A DNA stretch of 64,000 nucleotides from an uncultured Planctomycetota bacterium (GCA_963849325.1 CAWKHF010000007.1:631108-695107); one strand, 5' to 3'; positions 29,301 through 40,276 are shown, counted from the first letter of the stretch. Program-made: numbers and translations. Notes: generated by a model not told the origin, from the letters alone.

Positions 29301-31549
29301 AGCGGGATGCGCCGGTCGGCCTTGCCGGTGCCCCTGGTGTCCTCGGCGTAGAGGATGTCCGGGGCGCACGTCACCAGCACGCCCTTGCGCCACGGCAGCA
29401 CGCTGGTCGGAAAGCTCAGCCCATCGAGGAAGACGGTGGCCTTGTCGTACTTGCCGTCGCCGTCAGTGTCCTCCAGGTATTTGACCCGGCCGCCCGGCTT
29501 GCCCTTGTTGTCCAGTCCGAGCGGATAATCGCCCATCTCGACCACCCACAGTTTGCCGTCCGCTCCCCAGGCGAAGGCGATCGGGCTTTGCACCAGCGGT
29601 TCGGCGGCGACCAGTTCCACCTGAAAGCCCGGCCGGGTACGGATGGAACGCAGCGAGGCTTGCGGCGTTTTCGCCTCGGGAGGGACGCCCGCCAGCAGTT
29701 CGTTGAAGGAGCGGCGCGCAACGTGGTCCTTCAGGCGATCCGTGTGCTCATTTTGCGCCCACAAGTGTCGTGAATGGAACCAGGCGCCATTATTTGTCCC
29801 CTTGTGCGCGATCGCCGGTATGTCTCCCTTGTCGCCGCGCGTGCCGGACTTCACCTGCCGCGACCAGCCCCCCTTCATCGACACGAATAGATGGATCGAG
29901 TAACGATCCTCATTGGAGAAAATCACATCCTCGTGACCATCTTCGTCGAGGTCCACGAAGCGCAAACCGTTGTCCTGTCCCTCGGCGTTGACGAGCGACG
30001 TACCGGCCGGCAGCGCGAAGGGCAACCGCATCCATCGCTTGTCTTGCTCCGACCAGCGGAGAATCGCCTGCTGTTTCTCGTTGCTGACGATCAATTCGCA
30101 GCGGCCATCCCCGTCGATGTCGCGGAATCGTACTCCACCATCGCGGCCTGCGCGGCTCGTGAAAACCTTCTCTCCTCCCACCTCCAGGCCCGCCAGGAGT
30201 CTTTTATCTTCGACCCATTTGCCCTTCTCGAAATGCCAGGCGCCGGCGGCCGACTCGTTGCGAACGAGCAGGGACGCCTGCCCATCGGGCCGCACGATGC
30301 CGAAACGCGCCCCCGTGTTCGTCAGCGACACCGGCGCGTCCCCAGTGATCCACGTTCCGTTTCGGGACGACCATACGCGCGTCTGTCGGACCTTGTCGTT
30401 GCCGATGACCACGTCCATAAAGCCGTCGTTGTCCAGGTCGAGCAGGCGCACGCCGTTGTCCCGTCCGTCGGCGGCGCGGAGTGTCTGACCGCCGAGCAGG
30501 TTCTTGTTCAACCGCTCCTGTGCCTCGCGGAAGGTCAGAAACTTCACCTTCTTGCCATGCTTGGCGACCGCGTGCTCAATGAGATCGACGATCTGCTCGT
30601 TGCGGACCCAGCCGTGCGGATGAAAGATCAGGCAGAACACGCCTTGTTTCACGACCGTCGCGTCGAGGGCGGCCTTCCAGTCGCGGATCGTGACGGGATT
30701 GTTCGACTGATGCCGGTGCTGTGCCACCCAATCGCTCGGCATGACACAGGGGAACTCCCAGCACAGCCGGCCGATTACATAGGGATAGGGATAGTTCTCG
30801 ATGGTGTTGACGAACGTGCGATCCGTCGGCAGGTATTTGCGGAAGCGGTCCTGGCCGTCGGGATCGAGGACCAGCTCGCGCGGCAGCTCCGGATCGTCGG
30901 AGGTGAGGATGTTGAGGACGGACGAATCGAGCGTGAGAAAGTTGCCCCCCCTCACCCTACCCTCTCCCCCCTGGGGGGGAGAGGGTAGGGTGAGGGGGGT
31001 CGTGCGGTTGAAAATCTCGGCGAAAAACCGGGGGCTGGGCGTGTTGAGCGAGTCGCAGCAGGGCATGCGGAACGCCACCGGCCTGCTGCCCGGCACGGCG
31101 CTGAGCAGATCGACGCAGCGCTCGTAGGTGGACCTGGCCCTGGCGAAATCGCCGCCCTGCAAGAAAGGACAGGGATGGTCGAACGTGTGCGTTTCCAGGC
31201 TCAGTCCCTCTTTCAGCCAGACCTGCAATCGAGCATCTTTCGGATCGAGCCGATTCGTCATGATGCTCACGGGCGCCCGGCCGTCGATTCGCTGGAGGCG
31301 CTGCAAGATCGGCCGCAGGAACCTCTCGTAGCGATCCGGATCGCGCATGTCGTCGATGGCGAGGATGACGACGGCTTCCACCCCTTCCTCGCCGACCCAC
31401 TGCGGCGTGAGGAGCTTGGGGGAGTGACGGCCGACGTGGTAGGGATCGCTTTCGTCGAGATAGGTCAGCCGATTACCTGCGGCAGCCGGCGCGATCAGGG
31501 GAGTCATGAGAAGAAGTCCCAGGGAAAAAGTGTATCGGGGCCGCAACAT
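26388..31549 (-). CDS. Giant secreted protein: NodB-like deacetylase + FG-GAP/VCBS repeats + PVC dehydrogenase + HEAT + CxxCH + CBM-like domain; frameshift near 28730
   Basis: LAIDD, ETHTFDHP, FRMP, IFHPHGW; DLDNDG repeats; LVAAEP, FLASSDNWFRP; CATCH; STGSWDNY. Confidence 0.85.
30945..30999. repeat. Palindromic element in frame within the deacetylase domain
   Basis: ccccccctcaccctaccctctcccccc t gggggggagagggtagggtgagggggg; encodes PLTLPSPPQGGEGRVRG. Confidence 0.85.
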
Positions 31550-31856
31550 GAAGGAACCTCCCGGGAGGACGGAACGGACTGTTCGCCTGGCGGCGATTCT
31601 ACGTTCTGATGGCGCCGATCACAAGGATCTCTTCGGGATACAAGCTCTGGCACAGCATTCGCTACATTTTCTGCTCAGCATCAAGGGTTGATGCTTCCCG
31701 GCGGTCTCTCCTGCCTCTCGGCCCGGAGGCCGACAAAGCCGCCTGGATCGTCACGGAGAATAGAAGCCGCCCTCACGGAGGGCAGCACGGGCAAGGCGCG
31801 GCGGATGTTCCGCCGTACCCAGGCTTCCTGGAACCAAGGATTTCGGAGGACGAACC

Positions 31857-32030
31857 ATGAATGGCATGATTTCCATTCTGATCGCGCTGGTGATCGTGGG
31901 CTTTCTGATGTGGCTGGTCAACACCTACATTCCCATGGATGGGAAGTTCAAGCAGATTTTCAACGTGCTGGCCGTCGTCGTGGTGGTCATCTGGATCATT
32001 CGTTCGCTGGGCTTTATCACCGTGTTCTGA
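31857..32030 (+). CDS. Small two-TM membrane protein (Thivi_2564-like), 57 aa, absent from the ORF track
   Basis: GGAGGA RBS; MNGMISILIALVIVGFLMWLVNTYIPMDGKFKQIFNVLAVVVVVIWIIRSLGFITVF. Confidence 0.85.
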   Translation: MNGMISILIALVIVGFLMWLVNTYIPMDGKFKQIFNVLAVVVVVIWIIRSLGFITVF

Positions 32031-32048
32031 TGCACGTTCCCGATGCCT

Positions 32049-32115
32049 CGTTTAGCCGCGACGCGCAGCGGAGCGCGGGAATCTCCCGCGCTCCGCTGCG
32101 CGTCGCGGCTAAACG
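32049..32115. repeat. REP family A hairpin, copy 2, between convergent genes
   Basis: cgtttagccgcgacgcgcagcggagcgcggga atc tcccgcgctccgctgcgcgtcgcggctaaacg perfect stem. Confidence 0.92.
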
Positions 32116-32125
32116 TGGACGTCCC

Positions 32126-32698
32126 TTAAAGGTGCTTGCCGGGCGCCTTGCCGAACAGGCGAAAGCCGCGCCGCCGCTGCGCGCTGTAGCGCGCCAGCGC
32201 CTCCTCGACGATCGGCAGCGTCGCCGACGCCGCCTGCATCTCGTCCACCTCGACCGCCTTGCCTTCCAGCAATTTGTAGTCCTGAAAGAAGCGGCGCAGC
32301 ATGGTCAACCGATGGGCCGGTAGTTCGTTGGCGTCGCGGAAGCCGTTGTATTCCGGATCGTCCACGGCCACGGCCAGAACCTTGTGGTCCTTCTTGCCGC
32401 TGTCGATCATGGTCATCAGCCCGATGGCCCGTGCGCTGACCAGCGTCAACGGGGCGACCGCTTCCTGACACAGCACCAGGACGTCCAGCGGATCGTCGTC
32501 CTCGGCCAGGGTCTGCGGGATGAAACCGTAGTTGGCCGGGTAGTACACCGCCGAGTACAGAATGCGGTCCAGCCGCAACATGCCCGTCTCTTTGTCCAGC
32601 TCGTACTTGACGCTGGAACCCATCGGAATCTCGATGACGGCGGTGAATTCGCTGGGCAAGCGTTCGCCGGGCGTCACATCGTGCCATGCGTGCGTCAT
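32126..32698 (-). CDS. ppa: Family I inorganic pyrophosphatase
   Basis: [30 protein letters not shown]. Confidence 0.96.
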   Translation of the reverse strand: MTHAWHDVTPGERLPSEFTAVIEIPMGSSVKYELDKETGMLRLDRILYSAVYYPANYGFIPQTLAEDDDPLDVLVLCQEAVAPLTLVSARAIGLMTMIDSGKKDHKVLAVAVDDPEYNGFRDANELPAHRLTMLRRFFQDYKLLEGKAVEVDEMQAASATLPIVEEALARYSAQRRRGFRLFGKAPGKHL

Positions 32699-32714
32699 TG
32701 CGCCAACCTTCTTT

Positions 32715-32790
32715 TAGGGACTAGGGAATAGGGACTAGGGACTAGAGAAGAAGGAATCTCTCTAGTCCCTAGTCCCTATTCCCTAGTCCC
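32715..32790. repeat. Heptamer (GGGACTA)n inverted tandem repeat
   Basis: About four units followed by about four inverted units; same family at 43076. Confidence 0.85.
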
Positions 32791-32917
32791 TTTTCTACAA
32801 AGCCGGCTTTGCGCGGCGACATTAGCGCCAAAGTCCGTAGAAAAGACGTGACGACAGGATGTAATTTCGGGTAAGGTCGGTGCCGCCCCCTCCGCACTCT
32901 CCGAGAGGACCTGACGG

Positions 32918-33544
32918 ATGCGTTTCAGCTTGATCCCGCGCGAAGAGAAGTTTTTCGACCTGTTCGACGAGGCGTCCGCCTTGCTCAACCGGGCGGCGGA
33001 CAAGTTCCTGGCCATGGTGACGCAGTTCGACCACCTGGCCCAGCGCAGCCACGAAATCAAACAGGAGGAGCACGCCTGCGACCAGGTGGTCGGGCGAATC
33101 ATCCAGGCGCTGGACCGCACCTTTATCACGCCGATGGACCGCGAGGACATCCACACGCTGGCGACGCGGATGGATGACGTGCTGGACAACATGGAGGAGA
33201 CGGCCCATCGTTTCGTGGCCTTTCGCATCGAGAAGCCGACGCCGGCGGCCGAGGCGATGGCGCGCATCATTCACGAGTGCTGCCAGCACGCCACCGCCGC
33301 CGTTTGCCTGTGCCGCGACATGAAGGACATCGACGCCATCCAGGGCCATCTCCGCGAAGTGACGCGCCTGGAGAACGAGGCCGACGACATTTACCGCGAG
33401 AGCGACAGCGCCCTGTTCGCCGACCCGCCGGACATCCTGCTGCTCATCAAGTGGCGCGAGTTGTACGGTTGGCTGGAGGAAACGGTCGATGCTTGCAAGA
33501 CGCTGGCCATGATCGTCTCGGAGGTCGTGATTAAAGGGAGCTGA
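32918..33544 (+). CDS. DUF47 / PhoU-like phosphate transport regulator
   Basis: EHACD, TFITPMDREDI, LENEAD; directly upstream of pit. Confidence 0.93.
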   Translation: MRFSLIPREEKFFDLFDEASALLNRAADKFLAMVTQFDHLAQRSHEIKQEEHACDQVVGRIIQALDRTFITPMDREDIHTLATRMDDVLDNMEETAHRFVAFRIEKPTPAAEAMARIIHECCQHATAAVCLCRDMKDIDAIQGHLREVTRLENEADDIYRESDSALFADPPDILLLIKWRELYGWLEETVDACKTLAMIVSEVVIKGS

Positions 33545-33545
33545 C

Positions 33546-34601
33546 ATGCATTTCCTGGAGTCCGCCGCCGCCAACGTGGGGACGGTGCCCTGGGGCCAGC
33601 TTCCCGCCGTCGTTTGGTTGCTGATCGCCCTGGCGCTGCTGTTCGATTACCTCAACGGCTTCCACGACGCGGCCAACTCGGTGGCGACGGTGGTGTCCAC
33701 GCGCGTGCTGTCGCCGGGCGTGGCCGTCTTGTGGGCGGCGTTCTTCAACTTCGTCGCCTTCCTGCTGTTCCACCTTAAGGTGGCGGCGACGATGGGCAAG
33801 GACATCATCGACCCGGCCATCGTCGATAACCGCGTCATCGCGGCCACGCTGATCGCCGCCTGTTTCTGGGACGTACTGACCTGGTACTGGGGTTTGCCGA
33901 CGAGTTCGTCGCATGCCCTGATCGGCGGCCTGGTCGGCGCCGGCCTGGTCCAGAGCGGCTTGAGCGCCCTGCGCTGGGACGGCATCGGTAAGACGTTGGC
34001 CTTCATCGTCCTGGCGCCGCTGATCGGAATGATAACCGGCCTGGCGATCGCCGTGCTGGTGGCGTGGTTGTTCCGCCGGGCGTCGCCGCGGCGCGTGGAC
34101 CAGCTGTTTCGGCGCGGCCAGCTGTTGTCGGCGTCGCTGTACAGCCTCGGCCACGGCGGCAACGACGCGCAGAAGACGATGGGCATCATTTTCGTGCTGC
34201 TGATCGCGGCCAGCCGAAATGGTGCGTCCTTCGCCGCGCCGGCGGAGGTGCCGACCGAGGTCGTGCTGGCCTGTCACACGGCGATGGGCCTGGGGACGCT
34301 GTGCGGCGGCTGGCGCATCGTCAAGACGATGGGCCAACGCATCATCCGCCTACGTCCGGTGGACGGCTTCTGCGCCGAGACCGGAGCGGCGGTGACGCTG
34401 GGACTGACCATCTTCGGCGGCGTGCCGGTGAGCACGACGCACACCATCACCGGAGCCATCGTCGGCGTCGGCTCGCTGAGGCGTCTCAGCGCCGTGCGCT
34501 GGGGCGTCGCCGGCCGCGTCGTCTGGGCGTGGATCTTGACCATCCCCGGCACGGCGTTGGTGTCCATGATTTGCTGGTGGCTGCTGGCATGGCTGGGTTG
34601 A
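33546..34601 (+). CDS. pit: Inorganic phosphate transporter, PiT family
   Basis: NGFHDAANS, PTSSSHA, HGGNDAQK, PVSTTH. Confidence 0.96.
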   Translation: MHFLESAAANVGTVPWGQLPAVVWLLIALALLFDYLNGFHDAANSVATVVSTRVLSPGVAVLWAAFFNFVAFLLFHLKVAATMGKDIIDPAIVDNRVIAATLIAACFWDVLTWYWGLPTSSSHALIGGLVGAGLVQSGLSALRWDGIGKTLAFIVLAPLIGMITGLAIAVLVAWLFRRASPRRVDQLFRRGQLLSASLYSLGHGGNDAQKTMGIIFVLLIAASRNGASFAAPAEVPTEVVLACHTAMGLGTLCGGWRIVKTMGQRIIRLRPVDGFCAETGAAVTLGLTIFGGVPVSTTHTITGAIVGVGSLRRLSAVRWGVAGRVVWAWILTIPGTALVSMICWWLLAWLG

Positions 34602-34658
34602 GTTCTGAGTTCTGAGTTCTGAGTTCTGAGTTCTGTTTTCACTCAGAACTCAGAACTC
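34600..34658. repeat. Heptamer (GAGTTCT)n inverted tandem repeat
   Basis: Five direct units followed by inverted ctcagaa units; same family at 49087. Confidence 0.85.
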
Positions 34659-34677
34659 GACTCCATAGGAGGCACAC

Positions 34678-36063
34678 ATGGCACACGGGGGGACATCGAC
34701 GGGTGTATCGCAGGCGCCGCCGCTGGCGATGGGAGTGCGTCTCAACCTGTCGGTGATGATGTTCCTGCAGTTCGCCATCTGGGGTTCGTGGTTCGTCGTC
34801 TTCTATCCCTATCTCAAAGGCCGAGGCTTCTCCGACGAACAGGCCGGCGCCCTGGTGGGCAACGTGGCGCTGGGGGCCATCCTCTCGACGCTGTTCGCCG
34901 GCTACATCGCCGACCGTTTTTTCGCCAGCGAACGCATGATGGCCGTGCTGCACCTCGTCGGCGCCGGCCTGCTGTACTGGATGGCGCAGGTCCAGAGTCC
35001 TCGGGAATACTGGCTGCTCTTTGGCGTGTCGCTGGCGTACTCGTTGCTCTACAACCCGACGCTGGCCCTGGCCAACTCGATCGCCTTTCGCCACATCCCC
35101 GACGCCACCCGCGATTTCCCCAGCATCCGCGTGCTGGGAACGCTGGGTTGGATCGCGGTCGGCTTCCTCATCGACGCCCTGTTCTCCTCCGGCGAGACGA
35201 CGGCCGCCTCCAGCAATGGACCACTCCTGTTGGCGGCGGGGCTGTCGGCGGCGCTGGGCGTGTACAGCCTGCTTCTGCCGCACACACCGCCGACCGCCAA
35301 GGCCGGCGACGCCATTCCCTTCCTCAAGGCCGTGGGACTATTCAAGGATTTCTCCTTCGCCGTGTTCTTCCTCGTCTCCTTCGTCATCACCATCGTCCTG
35401 GCCTTCTACTACACCAACACCGGCGACTTCTTGCAGCAGGCGGCCGGCGTCAAGCGTCTCGGCTCGACCATGCTGATCGGCCAGGTTTGCGAGCTGATCT
35501 TCCTGCCCTTGTTGCCGTTCTTCCTGTGGCGGTTGGGCATGAAGTGGGTGCTGGCCCTGGGCATGTTGTGCTGGGGCGTCCGCTATGCCCTGTTCGCGCA
35601 GGGCGGACCGGAAGGGCTGCCTTTCGTTCTGGTGCTCACCGGGGTGGCCCTGCACGGTTTCTGTTTCGATTTCTTCTTCGCGGCCGGCTTCATCCACGTC
35701 GATAACGAGGCGCCGCGCGACATCCGGGCCAGCGGGCAGGCGATGTTCAGTTTTCTGACCTATGGCGTCGGCATGTGGCTGGGCAGTCTGTTGGCCGGCA
35801 AACTGGCCGGGATGTATACCACCGAGACGGTCAACGCCGCCGGCCAGGCGGTCAAGGTGATCGACTGGTATCACTTCTGGCTGATCCCCAGCATCGGCGT
35901 GCTGGCCTCGCTGACGGTCTTCGTCCTCTTCTTCCACATACGGCAACGGCCGGCCAGGCCGGCGGAGAAATGGGGAGCGTCCACGGCGCCGGGCAACGCG
36001 GACATCTACAGCGCCGAACACCAGGCCCGCATCCAGTCGGGAGAGGCCGGCATCGATACCTGA
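34678..36063 (+). CDS. MFS nucleoside:H+ symporter family transporter (NupG/YegT-like)
   Basis: MMFLQFAIWGSW, IADRFF, FPSIRVLGTLGW, LHGFCFDFFF. Confidence 0.9.
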   Translation: MAHGGTSTGVSQAPPLAMGVRLNLSVMMFLQFAIWGSWFVVFYPYLKGRGFSDEQAGALVGNVALGAILSTLFAGYIADRFFASERMMAVLHLVGAGLLYWMAQVQSPREYWLLFGVSLAYSLLYNPTLALANSIAFRHIPDATRDFPSIRVLGTLGWIAVGFLIDALFSSGETTAASSNGPLLLAAGLSAALGVYSLLLPHTPPTAKAGDAIPFLKAVGLFKDFSFAVFFLVSFVITIVLAFYYTNTGDFLQQAAGVKRLGSTMLIGQVCELIFLPLLPFFLWRLGMKWVLALGMLCWGVRYALFAQGGPEGLPFVLVLTGVALHGFCFDFFFAAGFIHVDNEAPRDIRASGQAMFSFLTYGVGMWLGSLLAGKLAGMYTTETVNAAGQAVKVIDWYHFWLIPSIGVLASLTVFVLFFHIRQRPARPAEKWGASTAPGNADIYSAEHQARIQSGEAGIDT

Positions 36064-36142
36064 TCCGCAAGCGATCCTTGTCTGCGGGTCGATGATATGC
36101 TTTCCTTGTGGTATCCTCGCACCTCGGGGAAAGAGAACGCAT

Positions 36143-36748
36143 ATGCGGACCCAGATACGAATTGTGGCCGGCTCGCTGCGCGGGCGCAAGCTGACCTGCA
36201 CCGTCAACGCCAACCTTCGTCCCACGCCGCAGAGGGTGCGCGAGTCGCTGTTCAGCATCCTCGGCAACGCCGTGCCGGGCCGCCCCTTCCTCGACGTCTT
36301 CGCCGGCACCGGCGTCGTCGGACTTGAAGCCCTCAGCCGCGGCGCCGCCGCCGTCCTCTTCGTCGAGCGCGACTTTCGTCTCATCGCGGACCTGGAACGG
36401 CACATCGAGGCGTTCGGCGTCGCCGGCCAGGCACGCATCGCCCGCAGCGACGTGTACCGCTGGGGCGAACGCTGGCAGGCACCGGACGAACCCGTCACCT
36501 TCTTCCTGAGTCCTCCCTTCGCGGACTACGAGCGCCGTCCGGACGACCTGCTGAAGCTGGCGGCCCTGCTGCAACAGAAGGTCGCGGACGGCTCGGTGAT
36601 CGTCCTGCAAGCGGAGGAGGCGGCGGTGCTGGACGAATTGCCGGCCCGCACCGAATGGGATGAACGCCGTTACGGCCGCAATCGCCTATTGATTTGGGTC
36701 AAGAATGAACCGCCAAGGTGCCAAGATCGCCAAGAGGAAGAAGAGTAA
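36143..36748 (+). CDS. rsmD: RsmD-family 16S rRNA methyltransferase
   Basis: RIVAGSLRGRKL, RPTPQRVRESLF, LDVFAGTG, EALSRGA, SPPF. Confidence 0.9.
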   Translation: MRTQIRIVAGSLRGRKLTCTVNANLRPTPQRVRESLFSILGNAVPGRPFLDVFAGTGVVGLEALSRGAAAVLFVERDFRLIADLERHIEAFGVAGQARIARSDVYRWGERWQAPDEPVTFFLSPPFADYERRPDDLLKLAALLQQKVADGSVIVLQAEEAAVLDELPARTEWDERRYGRNRLLIWVKNEPPRCQDRQEEEE

Positions 36749-36765
36749 TAAAAGCTTCTAACATG

Positions 36766-36919
36766 CTGGGCGAACGGCCGGCGTTAGCCGGCTGGTGAGG
36801 GTTTGTTCTGGGCGAACGGCCGGCGTTAGCCGGCTGGTGGGGGGGTTGTTCTGGGCGAACGGCCGGCGTTAGCCGGCTGGTGGGGGCTTGTACCAGCCGG
36901 CTAACGCCGGCCGTTCGCC
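36766..36919. repeat. REP family B cluster: three direct copies and one inverted copy
   Basis: ctgggcgaacggccggcgttagccggctggtg at 36766, 36808 and 36851; inverted copy at 36892-36919. Confidence 0.9.
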
Positions 36920-36953
36920 ATTCTTGGCGGTTCTTTTTTGAAAGAGGGAGTGC

Positions 36954-38362
36954 ATGGCCGCAACTCCGAGCGAGCGCGACTTCGCCCTCGACGTGGTTCG
37001 TCGTCTGCGCGACGCCGGCCATGAGGCGCTGTGGGCCGGCGGCTGCGTCCGCGACGAGCTGCTCGGCCTCCCTCCCAAGGATTACGACGTCGCCACCTCC
37101 GCTCATCCCGACGAAGTGTGCCGCCTGTTCCGCCGCACCATCGCCGTCGGCAAAAGCTTCGGCGTCATCGAAGTGCTCGGCCCCCGCACGTCGGCCGGCC
37201 CGCTCCGCGTCCAGGTCGCCACGTTCCGCATCGACGTCTACGGCGAGGACGAGGACGGCGAGGAACTCGATGGCCGGCACCCCCGCGCGGTCGTGTTCAC
37301 GTCGGCGCGCGAGGACGCCCTGCGCCGCGACTTCACCATCAACGGCATGTTCTTCGACCCGCTGGAGGACCGGCTCATCGACTACGTCGGCGGTCAGGAC
37401 GACCTGCGTGCCCGCGTTCTCCGCGCCATCGGCGACCCGGCTCAGCGCTTCACCGAGGACAAGCTGCGCATGCTCCGCGCCGTGCGCATGGCCGCGCGTT
37501 TCGAACTGGAGGTCGAGCCGGGGACGGCCGAAGCCATCCGCCGAATGGCCCCGCAGATTCACGCGGTCAGCGCCGAGCGCATGGCGGACGAGCTGCGCAA
37601 AATGCTGGTCGATCCGCACCGGGCGCACGGCATGCGTCTGTTCATGGACCTGGAGCTGGCCCAGCCGATCCTGCCGGAACTGCTGCCGATGAAGGGTCTG
37701 CCGCAGGGACTGCCGCGCCCAGACGCGCCGGCACTGCCGCCACCGGGCCAGCCTGGTCCCACCTCGGCGTGCGAAACCGACCTGTGGGAACACGTCCTGC
37801 GCGTGCTCGATCTGCTGGGACCGGCACCGTCGTTCCCGCTGGCGATGGCCGCCCTGCTGCACGATGTCGGCAAGCCGCGCACCGTCGGCCGAACGCCGGA
37901 TCGTTACACCTTCTATTATCACGAGCACGTCGGCCGGCGCATGGCCGGCGAGATCGGCCTGCGCTTGAAGCTCTCCAACGACGAGCTGGAGCGCATCGAA
38001 TGGCTGGTCGAGAAGCATCAAATCCTGTGTGACGTGCGCAGATGCGCACGAGCAAGTTCAAAACGCTGCTAATCCATCCCGGCATCCGCGAACTGCTGGA
38101 GCTGCACCGCGCCGACGCCGTGGCGTCCGGCCGCGATACGGCCCACGTCGCCTATTGCGAGCAGTTGCTGCGCGAGTGGTCGATGGAAGACCTCGATCCG
38201 CCACGGCTGATCACCGGCCACGACCTGACCCGATCCGGTCTGGAACCGGGGCCGATCTTCAAGAAGCTGCTTGAAGCCGTGCGCGAGGCGCAGCTGGATG
38301 GGACCATCTCAACGTCGAAGGAGGCGTGGGAGATGGTACATCGTTTGCTGTCCGAAACGTGA
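36954..38362 (+). CDS. cca: CCA tRNA nucleotidyltransferase with HD domain; frameshift near 38040
   Basis: GGCVRD, KDYDVAT, RRDFTING, EDKLRMLRAVR, LLHDVGKP, ITGHDL. Confidence 0.93.
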
Positions 38363-38410
38363 GCGGCTGCGAGCCGCCGCGAAACCGAGCCGACTCACGG
38401 AGAAATCCTC

Positions 38411-40240
38411 ATGTCGCGCACCGTCCCCACGCAATCGACGTGTCTTCTTCTGCTGGTTCCGTGCTTGCTGTCGTTGACCCTCGCCGACCGCGCGACGGCC
38501 GCGGCGCCGCCCTTGAAGGATCTGACGCCGGCCGTGCGGGCGCGCATCGATCGACTGGCCGAGAAACAACCGGGGGAATCGCCGAGCCAGCAAAAACAGA
38601 ACGCGGCCGGCGACATTTCCCTGTGGGCACTCGGCCATCTCGACCTGGCTCCCGAAGAGGAACTCGAACACGCGCGAACCGTGCGCAAGGAGATTCTGAG
38701 CCGGCAGAAAACCGTGGCCACGCCGGAGGCGGCGCAGCGCGTCTTTCGCAAGCTCCTGGACAACCTGCCGCCGTATCTGAAGCCGGACGCCTTCGAGTAC
38801 ACACTGATCGTGCTGGAACAACCGCAAGCCAACGTCTACACGGTCGGCGGCGGATTGGTGTACGTCAGCCGGCCCTTGCTCGACGCACTGCTGGCGGATC
38901 GACAGCGCGGGGAGGCGGCCCTGTCGTTCGTGTTGGCCAACCAGCTCGGCCACATCGGCCTGCAACACTGTCGCCGCGGTTGGCAGTCGTTCGAACTGGA
39001 AGAGGAGATCAAGAAGGGCATCGAGCTGCACATCGCCCGCCAGCGCCTGCGCGAGGCGCTGCAAACCGGCGTCGAGGCGGCCGGCGATCGCCTGAAGTTT
39101 CTGTACTCGCGCCGGCAGACGTATGACGCCGATCTGTTCGCCTGGCAGCTGTGTCGCAATGCCGGCATCGCCCTCGATTCCGCCCTGGACGGCCTGCGCT
39201 GGCTGGCCGTCGTCGAGCACCCGCGTCTGCGAACGGACGAGGCGTATCGACCGGACACCGACGCTCCCGGCCTGGAAGGACCGACCGCGCCGCCGGCCCT
39301 GCTGCGCCTCAAACACCTGCTTCTGGAACGCGACGGCCGGATTGGCGACGAGGACAATAAGTACGGCCTTTTCCTCTGGGATGCGCAGCGCGGCTCGTTT
39401 CAGCACTGCGAGCGGCAAGCGCTCGCCGCCGGTGATCGGCCCATCGTCTTCGTCCACGGCTTCCGGGGCAGCATGCAGACCTTCCGCGACTACTTGCGGG
39501 CCTGCTCGGAGCAGCCCGAGCTGCGCGACCGCAAGCTGCTCGTCTTCCGCTACCCCAACAACGAGAGCCTGGGACGCTGCGGTCATTTCCTGCTCAACGA
39601 GATGCGGCGCGTCGTCGCCGCGCCGGAGAAGGCCGTCTTCGTCTGCCACAGCGCCGGCGGCCTCGTCTTCCGCTGCTACGCCGAGATCCACAAGGGGCCG
39701 TTCGATCGGGCCGTCCTGCTGGCCACGCCGAACGAGGGCACCAGCCTGACGTCGCTGAAATACCTCGCCGATCTGATGGCGCTCGTGGACGAGCGGCGGA
39801 TGGATGGACCGGGTGCCCTGGCGCGCATGATCCCCGAGGGACAAGGCCAGATCATCCACGACGTACATCCCGAGAGCCTGTTCCTGTGTCACCTGGGCCA
39901 CAACGCCGAGATGGCGAAGCGCTATCACGTCTTCTCGGGAGAGTGCCTGACCCGCATCCAGGTGGTAGCGCTGGAGGCGGCGGTCGTGGCGGCGAAACGA
40001 GTCCTGATGAACCGGCTGCTGCCGCGCATCGAGGCGCCGGCGCTGCGACGACAGGCATTGCGGCGGGTGGAGCGATGGCATCTGCCCCGCGAGATTTCGC
40101 ACGGCGACCTGGTGGTATCGGTTCGGAGCGCCCTGCTCCAGGACGCCGGCCATTCGACGCGCACTGCCCTCAACCACGAGGAGTTCAAGACCGACGAGCG
40201 GGTGATCCGCGACGTAATGGAGTCGATCCAGGCGAAGTGA
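38411..40240 (+). CDS. Secreted M48-like domain fused to an alpha/beta hydrolase
   Basis: ANVYTVGGGLVYVS, LANQLGH, YSRRQTYDAD; VFVHGF, CHSAGG, GDLVV, LNH. Confidence 0.8.
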   Translation: MSRTVPTQSTCLLLLVPCLLSLTLADRATAAAPPLKDLTPAVRARIDRLAEKQPGESPSQQKQNAAGDISLWALGHLDLAPEEELEHARTVRKEILSRQKTVATPEAAQRVFRKLLDNLPPYLKPDAFEYTLIVLEQPQANVYTVGGGLVYVSRPLLDALLADRQRGEAALSFVLANQLGHIGLQHCRRGWQSFELEEEIKKGIELHIARQRLREALQTGVEAAGDRLKFLYSRRQTYDADLFAWQLCRNAGIALDSALDGLRWLAVVEHPRLRTDEAYRPDTDAPGLEGPTAPPALLRLKHLLLERDGRIGDEDNKYGLFLWDAQRGSFQHCERQALAAGDRPIVFVHGFRGSMQTFRDYLRACSEQPELRDRKLLVFRYPNNESLGRCGHFLLNEMRRVVAAPEKAVFVCHSAGGLVFRCYAEIHKGPFDRAVLLATPNEGTSLTSLKYLADLMALVDERRMDGPGALARMIPEGQGQIIHDVHPESLFLCHLGHNAEMAKRYHVFSGECLTRIQVVALEAAVVAAKRVLMNRLLPRIEAPALRRQALRRVERWHLPREISHGDLVVSVRSALLQDAGHSTRTALNHEEFKTDERVIRDVMESIQAK

Positions 40241-40276
40241 GCAAAAAACCCGAGTTAAATCGGTGTTTATCTGTGT

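Noticed and set aside
36766-36919. CRISPR-like array of three 32-bp repeats
   Set aside because: The spacers are only 10-11 nt and similar to each other, an inverted copy follows, another copy lies at 49751, and no cas genes are present. It is a REP cluster.
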